64,000 nucleotides of DNA from Bryobacterales bacterium (GCA_003164035.1 PLRS01000090.1:18229-82228), one strand, 5' to 3'. Positions 36,506-45,431 are shown, numbered from the stretch's first letter. Made by a program: numbers and translations. Notes: generated by a model not told the origin, from the letters alone.

Positions 36506-39500
36506 TCAATGGAAATTGTGCGCTTCGGCCGCCGCCCCGGCGCCCAAGGCCGCTACCCGTCCCACTTTGATCGAAATCGCGCCGTCCTGGTTTTGCAGAA
36601 TGCCGTCGAGAAGCAGGAAGCGCTCCCCGAGCACGGTGAGCTTATAGCGGTCGAAAACCGCCGGTTCGAGGATGGCGTTGGCGATTCCGGTTTCGTCTTC
36701 CAGGCTGAGAAAGACGAAGCCCTTGGCGGTGCCGGGCCGCTGGCGCACGATGATGGCGCCGGCCACGCGCACCACCCGGCCGTTGGGAATTTGCGCCAGG
36801 TCGGCGGCGCGGGCAACCCCGATTTGGTCCATGGCGGCGCGGCGGTGCGCCATGGGATGGCGGCCGATATTTACCCCAGTGCCGCGGTAATCGGCCCACA
36901 ATCGCTCCTCCGTGCTCATGGCGGCGAGCGGCGATGGCGCGCATTCTTCCAGTTGCTCCAGCAAGGGGCCAACCGGCAGCACGGCCCGCTGGGTCTGCCA
37001 GAGAGCATCGCGGCGATGCTCGCGGCCGAGCGAGTTGAGCGCGCCGATTTCCGCCAGCCGGTTGATTTCGTCCCTGCGCAACTCGCGAACCCGCAAGGCC
37101 AGGTCGTCGACGCTCGAAAACGGGCGCTCTCGCAGAATGGCGCGGGCCGATTCCTCGCGCAGTCCGCGCGCGTAGCGCAAGCCCAGCCGCAGGGTATGGC
37201 GGTCCACCGCGTTGCAATCCCAGTCCGAAGCCGACACGTCCACCGGCAGCACCCGCAGGCCGTGGCGCTGCGCGTCCTTGATCAGAATGGCCGGCGAGTA
37301 GAACCCCATGGGCTGGTTGTTGAGCAGGGCGCAGGTGAAGGCGGCCAGATGGTGGCATTTCAGATAGGCGCTGGCATAAGCCAGCAGGGCGAAGCTGGCG
37401 GCGTGCGATTCGGGAAAGCCGTAGAGCGCAAACGCGGTGATGGAGCGTACGATGGCTTCCTGCGTATCGCCTGTAATTCCCTGGCGATTCATCCCTTCGC
37501 GCAGCTTGATTTCGATCTCGCCCATGCGCTTTTCCGAGCGTTTGAACCCCATGGCGCGGCGCAATTCCTCTGCCTGGCCGCCGGTAAAACCGGCCGCGAT
37601 CATCGCCATCCGCAGCAATTGCTCCTGAAATAGCGGCACGCCCAGGGTGCGGCGCAGCACCGGCTCCAGCGAGGGATGGAGGCAATCCGGCGGCTCCCTT
37701 CCCTGGCGGCGATTCAAATAAGGATGCACCATTTTGCCCACAATCGGGCCGGGGCGGATGATCGCCACCTGCACCACCAGGTCGTAAAAGCAGAGGGGTT
37801 TCATGCGCGGCAGCGAGGACATCTGGGCCCGGCTTTCCACCTGAAACATGCCGATGGTATCGGCCTTCTGCAGGGCTTCGAAAACCGCCGGGTCGTCCTG
37901 CGGCAGGTGGGCCAGGTCGACCGCCTCGCCATAGATCGCCGGGATGCGCTGCAAGGTTTCTTCGATGACGGCCATCATGCCCAGGCCGAGCAGGTCGACT
38001 TTGATAATCCCCATATCGGCGCAATCTTCCTTGTCCCACTGCACGACGACGCGGCCGGGCATGGTGGCCGGCTCTAGCGGCACCACCGAATCGAGCGCAT
38101 CCTGGCAGATCACCATGCCGCCGGAATGCTGGCCGAGATGGCGCGGCAGATCCTGCGCCATTTCATACAGCTCGAAAAATTTGCGCACGCGCGGATGGGT
38201 CAGGTCGAGGCCCGCGTCGCGAAAGCGCAGTTCGGTGGTATCTTTGGGGTCCTTCCATTCCCACACGTGCGCCAGCGAGGAGAGCCGGTCAAGCGAAGTC
38301 ACATCGAACCCCAGCGCTTTGCCCACTTCGCGCGCCGCCGAGCGGCCGCGATAGGTGATGACGTTGGCCGTCATGGCGGCGCCCAATTGCCCGAAGCGCT
38401 GGTAGACGTACTGGATGGCGCGCTCGCGCTGGGCGCCGCTGGGCAGGTCGATATCGATGTCCGGCCATTCGCCGCGTTCCTCGGAAAGGAAGCGCTCGAA
38501 CAGCAGGTCCATGCCGACCGGATCGACGGCGGTGATTTCCAGAGCGTAGCAGACGGCGCTATTGGCGGCCGAGCCGCGGCCCTGTGCCAGAATACGATTT
38601 TCCCGGCAGAAGCGCACGATGTCCCACACGATCAGGAAATAGCCTTCAAGGCCGAGTTTTTCGATGAGCGCCAGTTCACGCTCGATCTGGGCGCGTGCGC
38701 GCGCATGGTACGGGCGGTAACGGCGGCGCGCGCCTTCGTCCGTCAGGCGGCGCAAGTAACTCGCCATGCTTTCGTTTTCGGGAACCGGGTAGCGCGGGAA
38801 GCGATAGCCCAGATCGTTCAAGGTGAATTCCAGGCGCGAGGATATTTCCTGTGTGTTGGCGATCGCTTCCGGAAGGTCGGCGAATAAGCGCTCCATTTCC
38901 GCCGGCGTTTTGACGTGCCGCTCGGAATTGGCTTCCAGTCTTCGGCCGGCCGTGGCTAGAGTGACTTTCTGGCGAACGCAGGTGAAGACGTCCAGCAACC
39001 GGCGGCGGTCGGGCGCGGCGTAAGCGGGGGCGTTGGTGGCCACCAGCGGCATGCCCAGGCCGCGCGCCGTTGCCGCGATGCGTTGGTTCAAAGCTTCCTG
39101 GCCGCGATGGTAGTGGCGTTCCAGCCGCGCGTAGACATTGTGCCTGCCGAAAATCTCAACCAGAAGATGGGAAGGATGGCGAGTGAGGCAGACGAGGCCG
39201 CGCGCGAACTCGGCCAGCTCTTCCGGCGTGGCTGCGCCTTCGCCTTTCGGAGCGCGCAGTTTCATGCGCGTAATGAGCCGGCAGAGGTTGCGGTAGCCTT
39301 CGCGAGTGGCCGCCAGCAGTACGTAGCAGGCGCCGTCGGTGCAGGTGATTTCCGAGCCGATGTGGGCGCGCACCCCGGCTTTTTTTGCCGCCATGTGAAA
39401 GCGCGGCGCGCCATAGACGCCGTTGCGGTCCGCCAGCCCCATTGCCGGCATGCCGTAGCTGGCGCAGGCGGCGATCAGGTCTTCCGGAAGAGAAGCACCC

Positions 39501-39544
39501 TCGAGGAAGCTGAAAGCGGAGCGGGCGTAGAGTTCGGTGTACAT
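36506..39544 (-). CDS. dnaE2: error-prone DNA polymerase III alpha-like subunit
   Basis: MYTELYARSAFSFLEGAS PHP-domain start, about 1010 aa, positioned downstream of imuA and imuB. Confidence 0.9.
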   Translation of the reverse strand: MYTELYARSAFSFLEGASLPEDLIAACASYGMPAMGLADRNGVYGAPRFHMAAKKAGVRAHIGSEITCTDGACYVLLAATREGYRNLCRLITRMKLRAPKGEGAATPEELAEFARGLVCLTRHPSHLLVEIFGRHNVYARLERHYHRGQEALNQRIAATARGLGMPLVATNAPAYAAPDRRRLLDVFTCVRQKVTLATAGRRLEANSERHVKTPAEMERLFADLPEAIANTQEISSRLEFTLNDLGYRFPRYPVPENESMASYLRRLTDEGARRRYRPYHARARAQIERELALIEKLGLEGYFLIVWDIVRFCRENRILAQGRGSAANSAVCYALEITAVDPVGMDLLFERFLSEERGEWPDIDIDLPSGAQRERAIQYVYQRFGQLGAAMTANVITYRGRSAAREVGKALGFDVTSLDRLSSLAHVWEWKDPKDTTELRFRDAGLDLTHPRVRKFFELYEMAQDLPRHLGQHSGGMVICQDALDSVVPLEPATMPGRVVVQWDKEDCADMGIIKVDLLGLGMMAVIEETLQRIPAIYGEAVDLAHLPQDDPAVFEALQKADTIGMFQVESRAQMSSLPRMKPLCFYDLVVQVAIIRPGPIVGKMVHPYLNRRQGREPPDCLHPSLEPVLRRTLGVPLFQEQLLRMAMIAAGFTGGQAEELRRAMGFKRSEKRMGEIEIKLREGMNRQGITGDTQEAIVRSITAFALYGFPESHAASFALLAYASAYLKCHHLAAFTCALLNNQPMGFYSPAILIKDAQRHGLRVLPVDVSASDWDCNAVDRHTLRLGLRYARGLREESARAILRERPFSSVDDLALRVRELRRDEINRLAEIGALNSLGREHRRDALWQTQRAVLPVGPLLEQLEECAPSPLAAMSTEERLWADYRGTGVNIGRHPMAHRRAAMDQIGVARAADLAQIPNGRVVRVAGAIIVRQRPGTAKGFVFLSLEDETGIANAILEPAVFDRYKLTVLGERFLLLDGILQNQDGAISIKVGRVAALGAGAAAEAHNFH

Positions 39545-39558
39545 GGAGCGGTCAGCAT

Positions 39559-39605
39559 TCAGCAATCAGCCGTCAGCTAGCTGAAAGCTGAGCGCTGATT
39601 GCTGA
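39559..39605 (-). other. 47-nt hairpin in the 69-nt imuB-dnaE2 spacer
   Basis: TCAGCAATCAGC (39559-39570) pairs with GCTGATTGCTGA (39594-39605), with further inner AGCT-rich pairing. Confidence 0.6.
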
Positions 39606-39613
39606 TAGCTCCC

Positions 39614-40978
39614 TCAGTCATAACTCCCCTCCACGAACCAGCCGGCCGGATCGCAATAGAGCCGATAGAGGCCGCCGTCGGAAAGGGCGATGTCCCATTC
39701 GTCGCGCGACCAGGGGTCGGGAGTCCACCAATCGCCCGAGCTTCGCCAGGGGCCGGCCAGATCGACCACTTTGCCGCGGACGCCTTCGGCCGCGATCGCT
39801 CCGGGCTGGCTCCGCACCAGCGTCACGCGCGCGGCGCGGGCGGGGCGGAAGCGGCGCAGAACCAGTGTGGGACTGCCAACCGCGGGGTTCGCCACCCAAG
39901 CGCGGCCCCATCCGCTGCGGTTGGAAAAGGCGTCCGGCCGATGGGTATCGAGCACTTGCGGCGTGCCCACGTTTTGGTCGCCAACGATGGCCCGCACCCG
40001 CGCCAGGGTGATTTCAAATTTTACCGGCTCCGGCGCGGCCGGCAGGAACAGCCCGCTCTGCGCGGCCTGCGGCTTTGCCGGGTGCAGTCCGAGCCACACC
40101 GAGACCACCGGCGCGGCCGGAGGATGAGCCGCCAGGTCGAGCTGCCAAAGCTTCAGGAACGCTTTGGTATCGAGCGACGGCACGGGCAGACGCAAAACGC
40201 GCTCGTGGATGGCGCCGGGTTCCAACTTCAACCGCAGGCGCAATTCGTCGGTCGCCAGCGCGCGCGTGGCCAAACGCGTGGCCAACCCATTGAGCAGCCG
40301 CGCCAGCAGGAACGCCAGCGGCTCCAGCAGATCCACCGCGTACTCCGGTTCGAACTCTTCTTCGAAGCGTTCCGGATCGGCGATGGGGTTGAGCTTGCGA
40401 TCGGCTTCGCCGCGCGCCAGTTCGCGCAGGCGGAGGCCCTCCGGCCCCAGGCGCTCGGCGATGCCCAGCGGCGGCAGCGCGGCCAGATCCTGAAAACGGC
40501 GGATGCCCCAGCGGTCGAGCGTCTGGGCCAGTTCGGGGGAAGGCGCCAGTTGCGCCAGCGGCAGCGGCCCCAGAAACTTAGCCTCGTCGCCATAGGGAAC
40601 GATGCTGAGTCCCGCGAAACCGCGCGCGGCGCAGATGGCGGCATCGGGGTTGGAAGCCAGCGCCAGGTGGAGCAAATTGTGGGGCGGACCCCCTGGTCCG
40701 CGCGGGTCCCCCTGGACCCGCTCTTTTGCCGAACAATCCAGAGCTTGCCACTCCCGACAAGCCGGCCAGGGGGCCGGCCGCGGACCAGGGGGTCCGCCCC
40801 ACAGACGTTCCCCGGCGCGCCGCAAAATGGCGGCGGCGATCTCCTGCGGCAGGCCGAAGAGGCGATCGAGGCCGGAAATATCGAATGTCACCGTGTCGGC
40901 CGCGGTCAGCTCCACGATGGGCGAAAATTCGGCCGCCAGCGCCTTCAGATTACCCGGGCCGTGAAGACAGGCGAACAT
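39614..40978 (-). CDS. imuB: ImuB (Y-family polymerase-like) carrying an in-frame repeat insertion
   Basis: MFACLHGPG...FSPIVE...FDISGLDRLFG N-terminus. The ATG at 40978 overlaps the imuA end. Confidence 0.8.
   Translation of the reverse strand: MFACLHGPGNLKALAAEFSPIVELTAADTVTFDISGLDRLFGLPQEIAAAILRRAGERLWGGPPGPRPAPWPACREWQALDCSAKERVQGDPRGPGGPPHNLLHLALASNPDAAICAARGFAGLSIVPYGDEAKFLGPLPLAQLAPSPELAQTLDRWGIRRFQDLAALPPLGIAERLGPEGLRLRELARGEADRKLNPIADPERFEEEFEPEYAVDLLEPLAFLLARLLNGLATRLATRALATDELRLRLKLEPGAIHERVLRLPVPSLDTKAFLKLWQLDLAAHPPAAPVVSVWLGLHPAKPQAAQSGLFLPAAPEPVKFEITLARVRAIVGDQNVGTPQVLDTHRPDAFSNRSGWGRAWVANPAVGSPTLVLRRFRPARAARVTLVRSQPGAIAAEGVRGKVVDLAGPWRSSGDWWTPDPWSRDEWDIALSDGGLYRLYCDPAGWFVEGSYD
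40677..40803. mobile_element. Family C palindromic element inside imuB (25-nt perfect terminal inverted repeats TGTGGGGCGGACCCCCTGGTCCGCG)
   Basis: Read directly. In the imuB frame it translates as ...RLWGGPPGPRPAPWPACREWQALDCSAKERVQGDPRGPGGPPHN... Confidence 0.8.
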
Positions 40979-41613
40979 AGTTTGCTCCGTGAAGTGGAAG
41001 CGCGCACGCGCACGCCGCGCAACAGGCGGCCGGGCGGCGAGCCCGACCATGCCGTCCGCTCGCGCGCGCACTCCAGTTGCAGCGTGGCGCAGGGTTTGGC
41101 GTTCGATTGCCGTGAGATGGCGACCAGCACGGTGGGGGTGTGCTCCACCGCGCGGCGCAGGCGAAACCAGGAAGTCAGCGAGATGCGGCGGGCGCTGGCC
41201 GCGGCGGTATCGCCCAGATCGAGCGCCACCACGCCGAAACCGCCGCTCTGAATCAACAGATCTGCCGCCCGCAGCGCGTGCTCGGCGTTGTGGCCGCAGC
41301 GCACCCAGAGCAGCCGCGCCAGGCAAACTCCGGCGCTTTCAGCCGAGGCGGGATCGAAGGCGTCTTCCGCGTCCACCAGGGCGCAGAATTCCTGCCGCGC
41401 CGTGGCCTGAGCCAGAATTGCGGTCATTAAAGTAGCCCGGCCGGACGAGCCGGCGCCGAAAATTTCGGTCAGACAACCGCGCGGCAATCCCCCGGAATCG
41501 GCATCGATTTCGGCAATCCCGAAGGGCACGGTTTCCGGAGCCGGCCGGCATCGCCAATCCAGTTGGCCGCCAAGTACAGATGCGAATTGGGGTAGGAGAG
41601 CAACCGCTGACAT
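40945..41613 (-). CDS. imuA: ImuA (RecA/SulA-like cell-division-inhibitor-type protein)
   Basis: GGLPRGCLTEIFGAGSSGRATL P-loop-like segment, 222 aa, first gene of the imuA-imuB-dnaE2 array. Confidence 0.75.
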   Translation of the reverse strand: MSAVALLPQFASVLGGQLDWRCRPAPETVPFGIAEIDADSGGLPRGCLTEIFGAGSSGRATLMTAILAQATARQEFCALVDAEDAFDPASAESAGVCLARLLWVRCGHNAEHALRAADLLIQSGGFGVVALDLGDTAAASARRISLTSWFRLRRAVEHTPTVLVAISRQSNAKPCATLQLECARERTAWSGSPPGRLLRGVRVRASTSRSKLCSPVFTARVI

Positions 41614-41628
41614 TCGCTTTTTATTCGC

Positions 41629-41647
41629 CTGTACTCTATTTTTACAG
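41629..41647. promoter_or_regulatory. candidate operator palindrome CTGTA-N9-TACAG upstream of imuA
   Basis: It lies 16-34 nt upstream of the imuA ATG. It resembles the CTGT..ACAG SOS-box style, but the spacing differs from E. coli. Confidence 0.25.
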
Positions 41648-41711
41648 CGCGGGTGGGGCGAATGTCAAGGGAGATTGCGCGCGACGCCGTCAGGCCTTTC
41701 CGTGTCTGACC

Positions 41712-41726
41712 CGGAACCAGGTTCCG
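41712..41726. promoter_or_regulatory. candidate operator palindrome CGGAACC-A-GGTTCCG upstream of imuA
   Basis: 15-nt palindrome with GAAC/GTTC half-sites about 100 nt upstream of imuA. Confidence 0.2.
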
Positions 41727-41903
41727 TCCTGCACATTCGCGGCTACACTTCCCGAGGCCACCCACCCAAGAATAAGTTTCTCTATGTCCTTGGCGCCGAT
41801 ACTACTGCTCGAAGCAGGAGACGCGCTCGCTGCCAGATGGCTTCTAGACAAAGTGTTGCGCTAGCGGCGTCCTATAAGTTTATAGTGGACCTTGGTAAAC
41901 CCC

Positions 41904-42764
41904 TTACCTATTTACCAGCTTGACCAGGTTCCGGCCGCAAATGATGCTGGCCTGGTGTTTATCGCCGCCGGGGCCGGGCCAGTGAGTTTCCAGGCTGATC
42001 CAGCCGCGGTAGCCGTCGCGCTCCAGCGCCGCGATTTGGCCGGGCCAATCCACGCTGCCTTTGCCCAGTTCCAGCCATTCGGCTTTGTGATCGTGGACGC
42101 GGCAATCCTTGGCGTGAACGTGGACAATGCGTCCGGCCGGAATTTTCGCGTAGCCTTCGGGGAAGGGGTTCTCTCCCGACACCAGGGCATTGGCGGGATC
42201 CCAGACCACTTTCAAGGCGGGATGGTCCAACGCCGCCAGCACGCGCGCGGTCTCTTCGCCGGTCGCGATATTGCAGGCGTGCTCGTTTTCAATGCCGATG
42301 GTCACGCCCTGGGCCGCCGCCTGTTCCGCCAGCCCGCCCAACGCGTCCACAATCCGCGAGAAGCATTCGGCGGGACGCACTGTGCGCCAGTAAGTGAAGA
42401 CCCGGATGATGCGGGCTCCGGCGATGGCGGCAATTTCGAACGTGCGGGCCGCCAGGCGCGGCTGGTCGGCGAAAGTGTGGCGCGCGGCGAAGACGTCCTG
42501 CTGGAAACGGGCATCCACCGCGGGCGCATCCGGCAGCACGCATTTGAGCAGCGGCGAAGCGATGGAAACCACTTCCAGACCGTAACTTCTCGCCAGGGCT
42601 ACGGCTTGATCCACTTCCTTGTCGGTGAGATCGACGATGTTCTTGCCGGATAACATGCGGAATTCCGCGCCGGCCATGCCGATGGCGGACATGGAGCGGG
42701 CGGCGCGATCGAGGTCGGGCGAAAATTCGTCGGTGATGGCGGCAATCGGAAATCGAACTGGCAT
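41904..42764 (-). CDS. sugar phosphate isomerase/epimerase (xylose isomerase-like TIM barrel)
   Basis: IAAITDEFSPDL..., IGIENEH and VHVHAKD blocks. I chose the ATG at 42764 over the long upstream-extended ORF. Confidence 0.8.
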   Translation of the reverse strand: MPVRFPIAAITDEFSPDLDRAARSMSAIGMAGAEFRMLSGKNIVDLTDKEVDQAVALARSYGLEVVSIASPLLKCVLPDAPAVDARFQQDVFAARHTFADQPRLAARTFEIAAIAGARIIRVFTYWRTVRPAECFSRIVDALGGLAEQAAAQGVTIGIENEHACNIATGEETARVLAALDHPALKVVWDPANALVSGENPFPEGYAKIPAGRIVHVHAKDCRVHDHKAEWLELGKGSVDWPGQIAALERDGYRGWISLETHWPGPGGDKHQASIICGRNLVKLVNR

Positions 42765-42796
42765 GGAAAACCTATTGTAGTCCGGTATGCGGTAGG

Positions 42797-43261
42797 TCAC
42801 CTGACGTGCTGTTTCGGGGGAGAGAAAATTGCAACTTTCGGAAAATAGGTGCGATAGCGGGCCGCGTCGCGCGTGAGCAGGGCCAGGCGTGCGATGGCGG
42901 CGTGCGCCCCGATATAGAAGTCCGGCAGCGGCGAGTTTCGTGAACCGCCGCGCCGCCGGTACACCAGAAAACACTTGCCGGCCAGAAATCCCGCTTCCCA
43001 GGGCAAAGGCTCGCGCCGATACACAGTTGAGGGCAGAGCCGCGTCGAGCGCTTCGATGGTTCGGTAGCCGATCGATACCTCCGCGTACACGATCGGATTG
43101 ACGATGAGCGTCGTCCGCTCGGCGCACTCCGCAAGAGCCCTGCCGGACCAGCCGCTCCAATGCGGATCGTTGGTGGCAACGTCCAGGAGCACGTTGCTGT
43201 CCACCAGCACCCCGTGGCAACCCTCCAGCCGGGCGGGCAAATCCGCAACCGCGGGCGTCAT
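42797..43261 (-). CDS. vapC: PIN-domain toxin
   Basis: VLVDSNVLLDV ... PDFYIGAHAAI ... LLTRD pattern. ATGA overlap with the upstream antitoxin. Confidence 0.8.
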   Translation of the reverse strand: MTPAVADLPARLEGCHGVLVDSNVLLDVATNDPHWSGWSGRALAECAERTTLIVNPIVYAEVSIGYRTIEALDAALPSTVYRREPLPWEAGFLAGKCFLVYRRRGGSRNSPLPDFYIGAHAAIARLALLTRDAARYRTYFPKVAIFSPPKQHVR

Positions 43262-43506
43262 TTGCGGCGCTTTCGTGGCTGCGTTTCGGCCCGCGTCATG
43301 GCCATGATCTCGTCGGTCGTCATGCGAACGTCGGCGCTGCCGCGGAGAGTCTCGACGATCCTCCGGCCGCGGCTGTCATCGCCGGCCTTGCGTATGCGAG
43401 CGTGGTCTTTGCCCAACTCGAACTCGACTTTTGTATGCGGCAAAAGGCCCAGGCGAATACGGATTTCTTGTGGAATCGTGACCTGCCCTTTGCTGGTGAT
43501 CTGCAT
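43258..43506 (-). CDS. vapB: AbrB/SpoVT-type antitoxin
   Basis: MQITSKGQVTIPQEIRIRLGL swapped-hairpin motif. Confidence 0.8.
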   Translation of the reverse strand: MQITSKGQVTIPQEIRIRLGLLPHTKVEFELGKDHARIRKAGDDSRGRRIVETLRGSADVRMTTDEIMAMTRAETQPRKRRK

Positions 43507-43590
43507 GGTAATACTCCTACTGGTAAGAGTAACGCCGCGGATGAGAGGGGCGCAACATCGCGGCCGAAGGCGCCGAAGGCGCTTAATGTT

Positions 43591-43648
43591 GTGGGGCGGG
43601 CAATCCTGCCTGCAGCCGCCTTTCAGGCGGCTCTTTCGACCGCCGAAG
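43591..43648. repeat. Family C repeat, partial (left end only)
   Basis: GTGGGGCGGGCAATCCTGCC... with an internal CAGCCGCCTTTCAGGCGGCT hairpin. Confidence 0.7.
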
Positions 43649-43726
43649 ATGAAAAGTATGCAACTTGGGCCGGCGCGACGGGGCTCACTTCCCCAGAAGG
43701 TGTAAACTTCAGTTTGCGAGGCGCCG

Positions 43727-44005
43727 TTGGCGCGAGAAATGAGCGGGTCGATGCCAGAAGAATGGAGATTGCTGCTGCGATTTGTGCTTGCCCAGCGGCT
43801 GGAAATCAATGCGATCGAGAGCGCTCTGAAGAATTCCAAAATTCTGACGGACGCGCAGATCAAAGAGATTCGCAAGCAAGCATTGCAGACCGCCAAAGCG
43901 TGGTCTTCCGAGGAGGGGGACGACGTGTTGAAGCTGATTGGAATTCACTCCTCGCCGGATGCCGTCATGCTGGTGCCGGCGGGGGAAGACAAGGAACCGT
44001 TATGA
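43727..44005 (+). CDS. hypothetical protein
   Basis: 92-aa ORF whose stop overlaps the next ATG (ATGA). No family recognised. Confidence 0.4.
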   Translation: MAREMSGSMPEEWRLLLRFVLAQRLEINAIESALKNSKILTDAQIKEIRKQALQTAKAWSSEEGDDVLKLIGIHSSPDAVMLVPAGEDKEPL

Positions 44006-44171
44006 GCAAACACTGGCTGAATGCGCGCTGACGCCGGCGCGCAAACGGAAACTCACCGCGCTTGCGGGGCGGCCGGATTCGGAGATCGATTTTTCCGACA
44101 TTCCGCCTCTTACCGAGAGCTTCTGGAACAACGCCGCCGTCCGCAATCCCTTCTACCGGAAAAGCGCGTGA
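44002..44171 (+). pseudogene. BrnA/DUF4415-like antitoxin, apparently frameshifted near its start
   Basis: The coupled ATG at 44002 opens a frame that stops after 9 codons. The conserved-looking part (LTPARKRKL...DSEIDFSDIPPLTESFW) lies in the -1 frame, which has no nearby start codon. Confidence 0.4.
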
Positions 44172-44232
44172 ATTGCCACGGTGTCGCTTTTCATCTACCC
44201 GTTGACGTACTCTGAAAGCAGGAGATTGAGCA

Positions 44233-44472
44233 ATGGCGACTCTGGACTGGTCACAGTGCCCCGATGTGGAAAGCGTTCCTGGAAGGGTTAGCGGCGCGTG
44301 GGTTTTGAAGGGTACGCGGATGCCGGTAGCTGCCATCTTCGACAATCTGGCGGCCGGGGCCAATATCGACGACATCATGGAATGGTTCGACGGACTGGAC
44401 CGCGAACAGGTCGAGGCGGTTATCGAGTTCGCTGTCCGCAGTCTGGATAAAGCGCCGGCTTACGCGCCGTAG
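44233..44472 (+). CDS. DUF433-family antitoxin-like protein
   Basis: PGRVSGAWVLKGTRMPVAAIFDNL...IDDIMEWF pattern. Confidence 0.75.
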   Translation: MATLDWSQCPDVESVPGRVSGAWVLKGTRMPVAAIFDNLAAGANIDDIMEWFDGLDREQVEAVIEFAVRSLDKAPAYAP

Positions 44473-44799
44473 ATGCGGATTATTTTCGATCAGGCAACGC
44501 CGGTACCGATCCGTCCGTATCTCGACGGCCATACGGTGCGTACAGCAGCACAGCAAGGTTGGGACAAACTGAGGAATGGCGATTTGCTGACCGCCGCGGA
44601 AGAGGCGGGGTTCGACATTTTGCTCACAACCGACAAGAATATGCGCTATCAACAAAATCTTGCGGGCCGTAAAATCGCGATTGTTGTTCTCGGCCAGCAG
44701 CAATGGCCGAAACTCCGGCCTCACGTTCAACGCGTCGTTGAAGCTGTCAATGCGGCCACGCCAGGCAGCTATGCCGAAGTGGACATCCCTTACGAGTGA
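44473..44799 (+). CDS. DUF5615-family PIN-like (Mut7-C-like) protein
   Basis: It follows the DUF433 gene with no gap. DILLTTDKNMRYQQNL pattern. Confidence 0.7.
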   Translation: MRIIFDQATPVPIRPYLDGHTVRTAAQQGWDKLRNGDLLTAAEEAGFDILLTTDKNMRYQQNLAGRKIAIVVLGQQQWPKLRPHVQRVVEAVNAATPGSYAEVDIPYE

Positions 44800-44810
44800 G
44801 TCATGGAACC

Positions 44811-45293
44811 TCAGAAAGCTATTGGTTTTCGAACGCTCTGAGCAGCTTGCACTAACTCAAGCATTTGCTGCTCGAAGTGGCGAATCAGGTTCTCATTATC
44901 TTTCTGGTGACTATGTACACTCTTCAGCAACTCGACTTCGACGGCGAGATGGTTAACCTCATCCAGGGCGAGATGGTCTCCGGCGTGCCCGCCGTCATAG
45001 AGGACTTTTGTCAGCAGGACTGGGAAGCGTTCGGGCGTATCTGCCAGGAGTTCGCGTAAGAAGCCAATCAGCGCGAAGTTCCCCGGCCGGTGCGAAACCA
45101 GCTCGCCCATCGGCCCATGGTCGCAGGCGTTGGCGAGCCAATCGTAGAAGCTGTGCTGATCCGCCTGAGGCGCGTCCCATTTCAGTGACAATTGGCCGGA
45201 TGGTTCTATGTACACGAGCTTGGGTTGAGGCGGCGGCTTGCGCATTCGGCCCCTCTCGAAGCAATCGCAATATACGGTTGCATCCAATCCCAT
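44811..45293 (-). CDS. hypothetical protein
   Basis: About 160-aa ORF. I preferred the ATG at 45293 over the TTG at 45317. No family recognised. Confidence 0.45.
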   Translation of the reverse strand: MGLDATVYCDCFERGRMRKPPPQPKLVYIEPSGQLSLKWDAPQADQHSFYDWLANACDHGPMGELVSHRPGNFALIGFLRELLADTPERFPVLLTKVLYDGGHAGDHLALDEVNHLAVEVELLKSVHSHQKDNENLIRHFEQQMLELVQAAQSVRKPIAF

Positions 45294-45431
45294 ACGGAGG
45301 TCCGCTCCCGCTACCAATGTTCACACAGAAACGTCCTGGTGTCGTGAAGCTCGGCGCAAAAAGATACCGGTGACAAAATCGCTAGGCGCAAACAAACGGT
45401 GGTGACGCGATCTGTGTGAAAATTGCCCTTT

